Shown here piece after piece: positions 10,179 to 20,300 of a DNA stretch of 45,695 bases. The DNA lies in NCBI GenBank assembly GCA_937880795.1, contig CALGRQ010000266.1:1-45695 (forward strand), read 5' to 3'. Numbering within the stretch: the stretch's first letter is position 1; each line of letters starts with the position of its first letter. Source of the stretch: an uncultured Dyadobacter sp. GTDB lineage: Bacteria > Bacteroidota > Bacteroidia > Cytophagales > Spirosomataceae. The notes beneath the pieces were generated by a model that saw only the letters and a program-made list of their open reading frames with translations, did not search any database and was not told the origin of the DNA. The translations under genes and the position numbers were made by a program.

Positions 10179-11189
10179 ATGAAAATCGCAGTAGTAGGCG
10201 CTACCGGCTTGGTAGGCGGCGAAATCCTTAAAGTGCTCGAAGAGCGTAATTTCCCAGTAACGGAATTATTAGCCGTTGCATCAGAAAGATCGGTAGGTAA
10301 GGAAATTACATTCAAGGGTAAACAGATCAAGGTGATCGGCTTTGAAGACGCGATAGCAGCTAAACCTGAAATAGCGATTTTCTCTGCAGGCGGTAGTACG
10401 TCTCTTGAACTTGCTCCGCGTTTCGCTGAGGCTGGTATTACCGTAATCGATAACTCTTCTGCTTGGAGAATGGACCCTACGAAAAAACTCGTAGTGCCTG
10501 AAATCAATGCAAAAACATTGACAAAAGAAGATAAAATCATTGCAAACCCAAACTGTTCTACCATCCAAATGGTAGTGGTTTTGAACCCATTGCATGAAAA
10601 ATATAAGATCAAACGTGTGGTTGTCTCAACCTACCAGTCTGTAACCGGAACAGGTAAGGCAGCTGTGGACCAACTTTTCTCTGAAAGAGCTGGCGATCAC
10701 AGTAGAGGTAAGGTATACCCTCACCAAATTGACCTGAATGTGTTGCCGCACATCGATGTATTCCTTGACAATGGCTACACGAAGGAAGAGATGAAAATGA
10801 CCAACGAAACGAAAAAAATTATGGGGGACGACAGCATTGCTGTAACGGCAACGACCGTTCGTATCCCAACTATTGGTGGTCATTCGGAAGCAGTGAATAT
10901 CGAATTTGAAAACGAATTTGATTTGAACGAGGTACGTCAAATATTGAGTGAGTCGGAAGGAGTAATTCTTCAGGATGATCCTAAAAATGCGGTATATCCA
11001 ATGCCTTTGACAGCACATGGCAAGGATGAAACATTCGTTGGACGTATTCGTCGTGACGAATCTCAACCAAAAACACTTAACCTTTGGATCGTTGCAGACA
11101 ACCTTCGTAAAGGTGCTGCAACCAATACCGTTCAAATCGCAGAATTCCTTATGAAAAACGAACTAGTAAGCGTTTCTCAAGAAGCTTAA
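10179..11189 (+). CDS. asd: Aspartate-semialdehyde dehydrogenase
   Basis: VVGATGLVG, IDNSSAWRM, ANPNCSTIQ, STYQSVTGTG and DNLRKGAATN motifs. Confidence 0.98.
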   Translation: MKIAVVGATGLVGGEILKVLEERNFPVTELLAVASERSVGKEITFKGKQIKVIGFEDAIAAKPEIAIFSAGGSTSLELAPRFAEAGITVIDNSSAWRMDPTKKLVVPEINAKTLTKEDKIIANPNCSTIQMVVVLNPLHEKYKIKRVVVSTYQSVTGTGKAAVDQLFSERAGDHSRGKVYPHQIDLNVLPHIDVFLDNGYTKEEMKMTNETKKIMGDDSIAVTATTVRIPTIGGHSEAVNIEFENEFDLNEVRQILSESEGVILQDDPKNAVYPMPLTAHGKDETFVGRIRRDESQPKTLNLWIVADNLRKGAATNTVQIAEFLMKNELVSVSQEA

Positions 11190-11204
11190 TAGACGTTTTT
11201 AACC

Positions 11205-11256
11205 CATTACAAATGAAAAAAGAGCTTCTTATAAAGCTCTTTTTTCATTTGTAATG
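11205..11256. terminator. Bidirectional intrinsic terminator between convergent asd and nuoD
   Basis: Perfect 23-bp inverted repeat CATTACAAATGAAAAAAGAGCTT / loop CTTATA / AAGCTCTTTTTTCATTTGTAATG with internal A and T tracts. Confidence 0.85.
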
Positions 11257-11265
11257 TATAATTTC

Positions 11266-12483
11266 CTATCTATCTACCTCTCCCATCACAACATCGATTG
11301 AGCCAATAATGGCAACCAAATCGGCCAATAACGCCCCTTTTGACATTTCACCGATTACCGATAAATTATTGAAAGAGCAAGCCCGCGCCTTGCAGCGCAC
11401 GGGTATATCCGAACGGCCGTCCGTTCTGAAGAAAAATCCTAGTTCTCCTTTCGGATTTTCGGCACGAACATAAAAGTCCATGGCCTTAGGTCTTATTTTC
11501 TTCGGAACCATTGCCTGAGGGTCAAAGTCAGGTGTTCGCTTATGTTCTTTCGTTAGTTTTTCCAGACTCTGTTCAATAATCTTGATGGACTCCCAGCATT
11601 CTACAACGCGTACCCACGTTCTATCCCAACTATCTCCTACGGTTCCCATTTTCCCTTCACCGATGGGAATTTCAAAGTCAAGCTCAGGGTATACAGAATA
11701 GCCATCAACCCGTCTCAAATCATAACGCAATCCCGATGCTCGTAACATGCGCCCCGTGCAGCCATAATTAATAGCGACTGGTAACGGCAACACCCCAACA
11801 TTGATCGTCCTTTCAACAAAAATTTTATTGTCAACAACCAGCTGTTGTAGTTCGATCAGCTTGGGTTTAAGATATTTGATAAATTCTCCACAACGTTCTT
11901 CAAAACCCACCGGAAGGTCGTAAAACAAACCACCAATCCAGACATAGTTATAAAGCATCCTTGCTCCGCAAACCCATTCCAGCAAACGCAGGATCTGTTC
12001 ACGATCGCGCATCATCCACAAAAATGGTGTATAAGCGCCAATATCCATTGCATAAGTACCCAGCGCAACGAAATGCGATGCAAGTCGGTTTAACTCGGCT
12101 ACCACAACCCTTATATATTCAACCCGTTTGGGGATATCGTTTTCAATGCCCAGCATACGTTCTACACCCATTACATAGGCATGTTCCGAATTCATCGCAG
12201 CCACGTAATCCAGTCTGTCTACGTAAGGGATAATTTGATTAAACGGCAAAGACTCTGCGTGTTTTTCGAAGCAGCGATGCAAGTAGCCCAAATGAGGTAC
12301 CACATCTACAACAACCTCACCATCTGTAACCACTTCCAATCTTAAAACCCCGTGAGTAGACGGGTGTTGCGGGCCCATGTTCAAAACCATCTCCTCAGTA
12401 CGAAGATTTTCGGAGTTGTATTTGGTGGGGGCCGAAACCGCTAAATACTCTTTTTTATATTCGTATTGAATCGCATTGCTCAT
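11266..12483 (-). CDS. nuoD: NADH-quinone oxidoreductase subunit D
   Basis: [38 protein letters not shown] and C-terminal GEVDR. Confidence 0.96.
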   Translation of the reverse strand: MSNAIQYEYKKEYLAVSAPTKYNSENLRTEEMVLNMGPQHPSTHGVLRLEVVTDGEVVVDVVPHLGYLHRCFEKHAESLPFNQIIPYVDRLDYVAAMNSEHAYVMGVERMLGIENDIPKRVEYIRVVVAELNRLASHFVALGTYAMDIGAYTPFLWMMRDREQILRLLEWVCGARMLYNYVWIGGLFYDLPVGFEERCGEFIKYLKPKLIELQQLVVDNKIFVERTINVGVLPLPVAINYGCTGRMLRASGLRYDLRRVDGYSVYPELDFEIPIGEGKMGTVGDSWDRTWVRVVECWESIKIIEQSLEKLTKEHKRTPDFDPQAMVPKKIRPKAMDFYVRAENPKGELGFFFRTDGRSDIPVRCKARACSFNNLSVIGEMSKGALLADLVAIIGSIDVVMGEVDR

Positions 12484-12520
12484 AGAAGACTATTTCATGT
12501 ACTCTGTTATCATACCTCGG

Positions 12521-14101
12521 TTAAAACCTTACCAATCTTTGCTCCTGCACCTCTACGCGTAATGGTCCTATGGGTCTGCTTTCATTGTGAAGGCGGTCCA
12601 CAGCCGTTACATAATAAACATATCTCTGCCCCGACTGCACCGTTTTGTCCACAAATCTTTCTCCGTCATAACACATGCCTATAATACGACGCGGGTCATA
12701 GGCCGTCGCCTTTTCATCAGGTGAAAACCTGTATACTATATAATATTTTGCAAGATCGCCATCTTCTGCCGGATTGGGCTTCTCCCAGAATAACTCCAGA
12801 GCATTGGTAAGTAATGTAGCCTTAAGACTTTTAGGAGCCAAAGGAGGCACATTGTCCTTCCAAGGCATGGTGGGTACTAAGGCTGGATATTGAAAAAAAT
12901 TGTGGCGAAGTGAATCCACAAACCCCAGGCTATTATTTTTTAAAGAACGAGAACTGAAGAAAATAGACCCCTCCGCTTCATTATCCCGCATATATCTTAC
13001 CTGATTTGGAATTTCAGTTGGATTGGCCCAGGTTTTATCCCGTTCCTTATAGCCTACTCTATAGGCACCCATGCCTACATATATATGCCTTCCATAACTA
13101 TTATCAATCCACCAATCCACCAGGTTCTTATAAGGCACACGATCAAAACCGGACGAAAAATACACTTGAGGAGCAATATAGTCCACCCATCCTTCCCTCA
13201 TCCATTTACGGCTATCAGCATAGAGGTCATCATAGGAAGCCAAAGCGCCAAATGTTTTTGATCCTTCCGGATCCGTACCCTTGTTTCGCCATACACCACA
13301 AGGGCTAATTCCAAATTTAAGGCGGGGATTTACCTCTTTCAAGGCGTCATGAATCTGCTTTACGAGCAGATCAATGTTATTACGGCGCCAGTCGGCCTTG
13401 TTTGTAATGCCTCTGCTATACTTTCTAAAGGAAGCATCGTCCTGAACCGTTTGTCCAGGCACGGCATAAGGATAAAAGTAGTCGTCGAAATGAATTCCGT
13501 CTACATCATAATTTTTCGCAACGTTCACCGTCACCTGCGTAATGAAGTTTCTTACCTCAGGTATGCCAAAATCAAACAGTTTATACCCATCATAATTAAG
13601 AATCCATTCAGGATGCTTTTGGCTGATATTCTCGTTCGAAACGCTCGTGGCGGATTTGTGCACAAGTCTGTTCAAATTGAGCCATGCATGAAACTCAAGA
13701 CCTCGCTGATGCGCCTCGTCGATCATGAATTCCATTGGATCCCAGAACGGCTCTGGTCTTTTTCCTTGCCGCCCCGTTAACCACTCCGACCACGGCTCCG
13801 TACTCTTTGCATAAAAAGCATCTCCGGCTGCTCTCACCTGAACAAATACTGCGTTCATTCCTACTCGTTTATGAAAATCGAGCAAATCAGAAAATTCCTC
13901 ACGTTGAACCTCAGGCATCAGGTTTTTACTACTCGGCCAATCTATATTATCGACAGTAGCAATCCAAACAGCCCTAAATTCTCTTTTTGGTGGCAATACA
14001 ATTTCAGCCTCGGGATTTTGAGCCTGACAGCCAGTAAACAAAAAAAGATCTATTAATATAAAAAGTGTAAGAACTTTAATTTTTTTCACTATAAAACGCA
14101 T
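12521..14101 (-). CDS. Glycoside hydrolase family 10-like (GHL10, YddW/DigH-type) lipoprotein with C-terminal FN3 domain
   Basis: REFRAVWIATVDNIDWP, GLEFHAWLN, DGIHFDDYFYP, FGISP and DYIAPQVY motifs. Lipobox FTG-C. FN3 YYVTAVDRLHNES. Likely start ATG 14101. Confidence 0.88.
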   Translation of the reverse strand: MRFIVKKIKVLTLFILIDLFLFTGCQAQNPEAEIVLPPKREFRAVWIATVDNIDWPSSKNLMPEVQREEFSDLLDFHKRVGMNAVFVQVRAAGDAFYAKSTEPWSEWLTGRQGKRPEPFWDPMEFMIDEAHQRGLEFHAWLNLNRLVHKSATSVSNENISQKHPEWILNYDGYKLFDFGIPEVRNFITQVTVNVAKNYDVDGIHFDDYFYPYAVPGQTVQDDASFRKYSRGITNKADWRRNNIDLLVKQIHDALKEVNPRLKFGISPCGVWRNKGTDPEGSKTFGALASYDDLYADSRKWMREGWVDYIAPQVYFSSGFDRVPYKNLVDWWIDNSYGRHIYVGMGAYRVGYKERDKTWANPTEIPNQVRYMRDNEAEGSIFFSSRSLKNNSLGFVDSLRHNFFQYPALVPTMPWKDNVPPLAPKSLKATLLTNALELFWEKPNPAEDGDLAKYYIVYRFSPDEKATAYDPRRIIGMCYDGERFVDKTVQSGQRYVYYVTAVDRLHNESRPIGPLRVEVQEQRLVRF

Positions 14102-14460
14102 GCAAAATGTTATTCTGCTCAAAGTAACGTAATTTGGAACAAAGTTTGCCGTGCAGTGCTTTAAATTCATCTATTATGTGAGAGGTTTAGTTGAGTAGCA
14201 CACCACTTACGCCAACACGAATCTTGACTAAGTTATATTTATGGCTTAGTGGCTTTAACGAAGAAGCATAAAAAACTGAATAATCACAGCATGAATACTT
14301 GTTATTATGAATAATTTTTTTTGATATTTATTGTGTAATTACAAGTATTTTTTGTGCCAAAATGAAGTCTGTATTTCCTCCTGTTTTCTCTTAAAAAGAG
14401 CTTGATAGAGCGGTTTACAAACAAAAATATACCGAATAACGCTAAAAACTGTATCCCATA

Positions 14461-16275
14461 TTGGAACCATTTGTCAAAACCACTAAGAATAACGTCCTTT
14501 TTGAAATAGCATGGGAGGTTTGTAATCAGGTTGGAGGTATTTATACCGTCATCAGAACGAAGGTGCCTGCCATGGTAGAAAAGTGGGACGATAACTACTT
14601 ATTACTAGGCCCTTATTTTGAGAAGAAAGCTTCTTCTGAATTTGAAGAAATTACGGATTTAGATAGCACTACAGCAGGTCGAACTGTAAAACGTTTACGC
14701 GAAAAGGGTTATGTAATCCACTACGGCTATTGGTTGGTTACCGGTAAGCCTCGTGTAATTCTATTCGATCTGGACAGTATCAATCATGAACTGGATAGAA
14801 TCAAGTTTAATTTGTGGGAGCACAATCGTATTCCTACCATCAATGTAGAACACCTTGTTAACCAAACCCTTTGCTTTGGTGAGATGGTCCGGCTGTTCCT
14901 CAAAGAATATGCTGAGGATAATGCCAAGCGAGAAGAAATTTATGCACAGTTTCATGAATGGATGGCCAGCAGCGGCTTGCCCGACCTCAAAAGAGAAAGT
15001 GTAAAAATCGCAACTACATTTACCACGCATGCGACCATGCTGGGCCGCTATCTGGCTCAAAATGTGGAAGGTTTTTATAATAAACTGCCCTTTTTTGATT
15101 GGGAGCAAGAGGCAAAAAATTACGGAATTTTGGCCCAATGCTCCATCGAAAGACAAGCCGCTCAAAGCGCTCACGTGCTCACTACGGTCAGTGACGTCAC
15201 CGCCCGAGAGTGTGAAGTATTTTTGGGACGAATGCCCGATCTTGTCACACCCAATGGATTAAACGTTGTTCGGTTTCAGGCCGTCCACGAGTTTCAAAAT
15301 CTTCATTTAAAGCATAAAGAAAGAATACATGATTTTGTACTGGGGCACTTTTTCCCAAGCTATTCTTTCGACCTGGACAAAACGCTTTATTTCTTCACAT
15401 CCGGACGATACGAATTCAGCAACAAAGGATACGACCTGACACTGGAAGCGCTTGCCCGCCTCAACTGGAAAATGGTTCAGGCCAATATGGATACCACGGT
15501 AGTTATGTTTATTGTAACCAAGCAACCTTACCATTCCATCAATCCGGATGTGCTTCAATCCAGAGCCGTTCTGAATGAGTTACAGGAAACCTGTACCGCC
15601 ATTGAAAAACAAGTTGGTGAAAAACTATTTCTGGCCACAGCATCGGGTACTGACCATAAAATGCCCGACCTGAACAACTTTGTTGATGAATACTGGCGCC
15701 TTCGTTTACGGAGAACGATTCAGACCTGGAAAACCGACAAATTACCAGCTTTCGTAACCCACGATCTGAACCAGGAAGATGGCATTACAGAATTCTGTAA
15801 AAAGGCCAATCTGGTCAATAATGAAAGAGATCGGGTTAAGATTGTATACCACCCCGACTTCATTTCGTCCACCAATCCTTTATTTGGTTTGGATTACGGT
15901 CAGTTTGTGCGTGGATGTCACTTGGGCGTATTCCCAAGCTATTACGAGCCATGGGGATATACTCCGCTGGAATGTGTTGTAAGGGGAGTTCCTACTGTTA
16001 CCAGCGACCTTTCGGGCTTTGGAGATTATATCATGCAAATCATGCGTGATTACGAAAACAGGGGTATATATGTCATTAACAGAAAATCCCAGTCGTACTC
16101 GCAAGCTGCCGACCAATTAGCAGATATTCTGTTCAAATTTGTCAAAATGCAACGCCGTGACCGGATCATGCAGCGAAATCGGGTCGAAAATATTTCAGAC
16201 GTTTTCGATTGGATGAACCTTAGGTCATACTACGATACCGCTCACGACCTGGCAGCAAAACGACGCAAACCTTAA
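14461..16275 (+). CDS. Glycogen synthase, GT3 (eukaryote-like) family
   Basis: FEIAWEVCNQVGGIYTV, FTTHATMLGRYL, GRYEFSNKG and RGCHLGVFPSYYEPWGYTP motifs. TTG start. Confidence 0.93.
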   Translation: MEPFVKTTKNNVLFEIAWEVCNQVGGIYTVIRTKVPAMVEKWDDNYLLLGPYFEKKASSEFEEITDLDSTTAGRTVKRLREKGYVIHYGYWLVTGKPRVILFDLDSINHELDRIKFNLWEHNRIPTINVEHLVNQTLCFGEMVRLFLKEYAEDNAKREEIYAQFHEWMASSGLPDLKRESVKIATTFTTHATMLGRYLAQNVEGFYNKLPFFDWEQEAKNYGILAQCSIERQAAQSAHVLTTVSDVTARECEVFLGRMPDLVTPNGLNVVRFQAVHEFQNLHLKHKERIHDFVLGHFFPSYSFDLDKTLYFFTSGRYEFSNKGYDLTLEALARLNWKMVQANMDTTVVMFIVTKQPYHSINPDVLQSRAVLNELQETCTAIEKQVGEKLFLATASGTDHKMPDLNNFVDEYWRLRLRRTIQTWKTDKLPAFVTHDLNQEDGITEFCKKANLVNNERDRVKIVYHPDFISSTNPLFGLDYGQFVRGCHLGVFPSYYEPWGYTPLECVVRGVPTVTSDLSGFGDYIMQIMRDYENRGIYVINRKSQSYSQAADQLADILFKFVKMQRRDRIMQRNRVENISDVFDWMNLRSYYDTAHDLAAKRRKP

Positions 16276-16295
16276 TCGTTAAATACCCATTTTAC

Positions 16296-16336
16296 AGAGC
16301 CCACAAATACTAAATAACCAGTATTTGTGGGCTTTT
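16296..16336 (+). terminator. Intrinsic terminator after glycogen synthase
   Basis: AGCCCACAAATACT / AGTATTTGTGGGCT stem followed by TTT. Confidence 0.8.
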
Positions 16337-16408
16337 CTGCGATTAAACTCTTGAATTACTAAAAATTTTCAACACCTTCACATTCGTTTATTTATATACA
16401 ATTTACCA

Positions 16409-17242
16409 ATGAATTACGTAGAATTAGAAATACAGGTGGAGTCAGATTTTTCTGAAATATTGATGGCAGAACTCGGCGAAGCCGGCTTTGAGTCCTTTGT
16501 GGAAACTGATGAGGGTTTATTAGCTTATATACAGGAAGCGGATTTTGATGAAGCGACAATTACAGAACTTGTCAAAAAATACAGTGAAATGACTCCGCTC
16601 ACCACAACCTGGAAGTCTCTCGAAAGAAAAAACTGGAACGCCGAATGGGAAAAAAGTTACGAACCTATTGAAGTAAGCGGCAAAGTAAGGGTGCGGGCAA
16701 CCTTCCACGAACCAGACCCCACTTTTCAGTACGATCTGCTGATTCAGCCGAAAATGTCATTTGGAACAGGACACCACGAAACAACATGGCTCGTGATGAA
16801 CGAACAACTAAGCCTGCCACACAGTGGTTTGTCTATTATGGACGTAGGCTGCGGAACGGGTATATTGGCTATTCTAGCAGATAAATTGGGTGCCTCTAAA
16901 CTCCTCGGATTTGATATAGACGAATGGGCTGTTGAGAACACGCGCGAAAACTTTGCCATGAATAACTTGCCCGAAAGTGCCGAAGTTTTCCAGGGTACCA
17001 TTGATGGTGTCGCGCCGGAATTGATTTTTGGTGGCATTTTAGCCAATATTAATCGAAACATTCTGCTGGCCGAAATTCCAAAATATGTATCTCACCTTAC
17101 TCCGGGCGGGTGGCTTGTTACCAGCGGTTTTTACGAAACAGACCAAGCTGATATTGAACAATGTGCATTAGAAAATGGATTAAAAATTATCCGCTCGAAT
17201 ACACGGAACCAGTGGGCAACCGTTGTATTTGAAAAGATATAA
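16409..17242 (+). CDS. prmA: Ribosomal protein L11 methyltransferase
   Basis: NWNAEWEK, PKMSFGTGHHETT, DVGCGTGIL and ANINRN motifs. Confidence 0.96.
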   Translation: MNYVELEIQVESDFSEILMAELGEAGFESFVETDEGLLAYIQEADFDEATITELVKKYSEMTPLTTTWKSLERKNWNAEWEKSYEPIEVSGKVRVRATFHEPDPTFQYDLLIQPKMSFGTGHHETTWLVMNEQLSLPHSGLSIMDVGCGTGILAILADKLGASKLLGFDIDEWAVENTRENFAMNNLPESAEVFQGTIDGVAPELIFGGILANINRNILLAEIPKYVSHLTPGGWLVTSGFYETDQADIEQCALENGLKIIRSNTRNQWATVVFEKI

Positions 17243-17304
17243 ATTTACACTACGCTCTTCCACAAGAAGAAAAGTGGAGCTCCCAGATAAGTAAGTTATA
17301 GCAC

Positions 17305-20300
17305 ATGAAAATTTCTAGATATTTCCTTCTTTTTTGCATCTCCATCGCTGCGACCACAGCAGTGATTGGTCAAAACCTCAAACTCTCCGAAGAACCCGGT
17401 CAGTTTATGCCACAATTTCGCAAAATGATGGATGGAAGTCGAAATGCCCAGTATATGCGTACTGCGGCTCAGTTGGATAGTATCTGGTTAACTTCTTTGG
17501 GATCTTCGCAGCAGAGTAAATTTATATCCATTGTACGCACGCAGGTGGCCAAAGGACAAAAAGCGGGACCAGTGATGTTTCTTCTGGCCCGCAACACCCA
17601 TACTTTAGCAAAGCAGTCTCCGGAAAATTTAGAGAGTTTGCAAGCAGGGGCTCAATATGACGGTAAGGCGTTCCAAAAAACGCTGGAAACGGTTAGAACC
17701 ATTACCGAAACCGGCAAGCTATATGCTGCCAATTACAATTCGCTATATCTCCTTGGCGGTACCTACCGATATCGGTTTGACACGACCAATGCCGTAATCG
17801 CCAATAAGGAAGCAGCCATTGCGTCTGCAAACGACAGTTGGGACACCCCAATAGATACCAATTTCGTGATTAAACCACAATCTACGCCATTACCTGTTGT
17901 CTCTGGCGCTGTTTTGGAGCTCCAAAATGCAGTTTTCGGTATGGTTGCCGCAGGCGACTCTGTGGTAATTGGTCCTTCTAGCGGCGCACTTGCATTACAG
18001 GACGGTATCTTCGTCGGGAAGAGCGGTAAAATGAATTGGTCAGCAGCTGGAGACTCATCGATATATGTTGATCTCGATACTTACTCATTCAACATCACGC
18101 AGCCCAAAATTCTTGCAGAAAACGTTACGCTTCATGACGAACGTCAACTTGCCAATCCAATTAAAGGAACCGTGGAATACCGTGGTACTAAGAAAGTAAA
18201 AGGCCAACCTGCCCCTTATCCCCGTTTTGTATCGAACGGGATTGATGCAAGATTCAAAGCATCAAGGAAAAATATAGACTATAAAGGTGGTTATGCTCTG
18301 ATAGGTACAAGCATGTATAGCACTTCCCTCAGCGACCAACCTTCGACCGTCACAGTTAGCTATCAGGAAAAGCCGGCATTTAAAGTATTGAGTAAAAAAT
18401 TCAACCTGAAAGACTCGGTTATATCTGCACCTTTTGCCACGTTTTCTATGCCGCTAGGCACCGATTCACTCTATCATCCAGGCGTAACTTTTACCTATAA
18501 CGACGAAGAAGGCTTGGTAAAATTGGGAAGAATGGAAAAAACCGACTACGAACCACTACCCTATCAGGATTCTTACCATAAAATGAATATTTGGGCGCAA
18601 TCCATGCGATGGAAGTTCCCGGATAACAAAGTTGAATTTCTCAGAATTGATGGAAAACAGGTTGTTCCGGTAAAACTCGAATCGTTCGATTATTTTAAAA
18701 AGGAGCGCTTTAAAGGCATTAGCCAGGAGTTTGGCTTTCAGCCCATGCTGTTGGCCGCCAACTATACACAAACACAAAAGAAGACGAGTTTTCTGGCAGA
18801 GGAACTTGCCAAACACTTCAAACAAAATCCTAAAATTTTAAGACGATCCTTAGAGCGGCTCGCCTTGGATGGTTATTTCATATACAACCAACCCACCGAC
18901 GAATTTGCGCTCAGTAAAAAAGGAGTGCTATACATTCTTGCCAATTTAGACAAGGCTGATTACGACAATTTCCAGGTCGTTTCTCAATTTACATCAAACA
19001 GCGAAACAGCCAATGTGACTATCACCTTAGGCGACACGCTGATGACGGTACTTGGCGTTTCCCGTTTCGTGGTGAGTGACTCGCTCAAAATTTATGGGGT
19101 ACCATCTGACCGTAAATTGGTGATAGGCCGCAACCGAAACTTTGGAATGAACGGACAGCTGGTGGCATCCAATTATCAGTTCAGAGGGCAAAACCTAAAA
19201 TTCGACTATAAACAGTTTTTTGTAAACGTAAGTCCAAATGATTCCATCACATTTACACCTAAAGAAAAGTTTGCCAAAGGACAAAAGGGAGAAGTAGGTG
19301 GACACGTCAAATATGAAAAAGGAGGTACATTCTACCTCAGCGATCCTAGCAATAAATCGGGTATACAAAAAGGCAAAAAATCACCGCGGCTAGTGGTTCC
19401 GGATGGTATGATGGTTTATTTTGACCAGCCTGAACGTGAGCCGGTCATATATCCGCGTGAGGTATATTTTAAAATACCGAAAATTGACATGGACGGGCTG
19501 GATAACCGTGATGTCATTTTTGATGGCACATTTTATGCCAATGGGATCATCCCCGATATTAAGACAATCCTGAAGAGCATGCCGGATAATTCTCTCGGCT
19601 TTGAATACAAACCGCCCGTTACTGATATGAAACTGTACGGAGGAAAAGCCTTGGCTAAGTTCACCGATACCCTCGTGATGGACAACTCCGGCTTACATTC
19701 AAAAGCCATTTTGAAATATTTATCAGCTTCCATGACCACCAAAGAAATTTTATTGGCATCAGATTCATTGATGGCCTCGGGTGAAGTTGCAAGCATAAAG
19801 GAAGCTAATATAGGTAAGGGATATTTCCCTGCTGTTGAATTGAAAGATTATACGCTGAAATGGTATCCCAATGCCGATAGCATGTTTATCAACACCCAGG
19901 GTAAATCTTTTTCATTTCATAACAAAACAACCAACCTCGAAGGAGGTTTACTCTTGCGTTCCTCAGGATTATATGGAAATGGTAAACTGAAACGAGCCGA
20001 TTCAGAAATTTCCTCCGAAGACATTAAGTTTAACAAAGAAGGTTTTCTTGCAAATAAATCCATTTTCTCCATCAACAGTAGTGAGGATAAGGCGGCAAAA
20101 AAATTGCTAACCGGAAACAACGTTAACATCGATTTCAATTTCAAAACCGGAATTGCAAATTTTTTAACAGATGAAACCGGCTTTGGCTCCGACTCCTCGG
20201 GTATGCAAATTCCAACCGCATCCTACCAAACCTTGATCGGATCTGCGAAATGGGATATGAACAAAAAAACGATTGTCATGAAAGGGTTTGGAGAAACTTC

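Noticed and set aside
10151-11135. Long antisense ORFs opposite asd (similar ones opposite nagB, ribH, serS and AraC)
   Set aside because: Expected shadow frames of codon-biased genes, with no recognisable domains.
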